Of a stretch of DNA of 15,962 bases, positions 15,710 to 15,962 are shown one piece after another. This stretch comes from Promethearchaeota archaeon. GTDB lineage: Archaea; Asgardarchaeota; Lokiarchaeia; Sigyniarchaeales; SOKP01. The notes beneath the pieces were generated by a model. That model did not search any database. It was not told the origin of the DNA and saw nothing but the letters and a program-made list of their open reading frames with translations. The DNA lies in the NCBI GenBank assembly GCA_016840085.1, contig JAEOTA010000016.1:1-15962 (forward strand). The letters are read 5' to 3'. How positions within the stretch are numbered: position 1 is the stretch's first letter; the number at the start of each line of letters is the position of its first letter. Made by a program: the position numbers and the translations under genes.

Positions 15710-15962
15710 ATGCTAAATTTCACAGTAAAAGAATCAAAAATAATACTTTTAATAGGAACTTGTTTGACCTCTACAATCTTATTAATTTACTTATTTAGGA
15801 GATTAACATTCGGATTTTCTGAAATACCATATTACATAAGCCTTATTTTTATAGCTGGGCTGTTTTTATTTATGTTTGGATTAATTGCTTTAAAGAGTGC
15901 ATCAAAAAAAAATTATCATATCATTAAGTTGAAAAATAAATACGAAGTAAAATCTGAAGATA
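15710..15962 (+). CDS. Hypothetical membrane protein, 3'-truncated by the window edge (not in the supplied ORF track)
   Basis: ATG at 15710 (alternative in-frame ATG at 15692), GGAGG at 15694-15698. Open to the end: MLNFTVKESKIILLIGTCLTSTILLIYLFRRLTFGFSEIPLHKPYFIAGLFLFMFGLIALKSASKKNYHIIK..., two TM helices. Confidence 0.7.
   Translation, partial: MLNFTVKESKIILLIGTCLTSTILLIYLFRRLTFGFSEIPYYISLIFIAGLFLFMFGLIALKSASKKNYHIIKLKNKYEVKSED

Overview
AT-rich archaeal window, most likely Asgard (Lokiarchaeia/Promethearchaeia-like), inferred from a Loki-CTERM-like IPGY-TM-basic tail, a DUF2240/OB-fold RPA N-terminus and TM-zinc-ribbon proteins. It looks like an accessory, partly decaying region with no intact housekeeping operon. 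Contents: (1) two paralogous DNRLRE + Ig-like surface proteins that share an ectodomain but end in different tails (sorting signal versus TM + Pro-rich linker + zinc ribbon), plus a third SP-TM-zinc-ribbon gene with a broken tail; (2) a convergent, 3'-overlapping pair of a radical SAM enzyme and a divergent TcmP-like methyltransferase-fold protein, next to a small wHTH-like gene; (3) a beta-CASP metallo-beta-lactamase nuclease with a possible degenerate KH-like N-terminus; (4) two PD-(D/E)XK-like nucleases with non-canonical active-site motifs; (5) broken NYN and RPA genes; (6) several Cys-rich and membrane hypothetical proteins. I saw no rRNA, tRNA, CRISPR array, transposase or integrase. The best candidates for an undescribed system are the radical SAM/TcmP-like module and the tail-swapped receptor/anchored surface protein pair. 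All family assignments come from motif recognition by eye, not from database searches.
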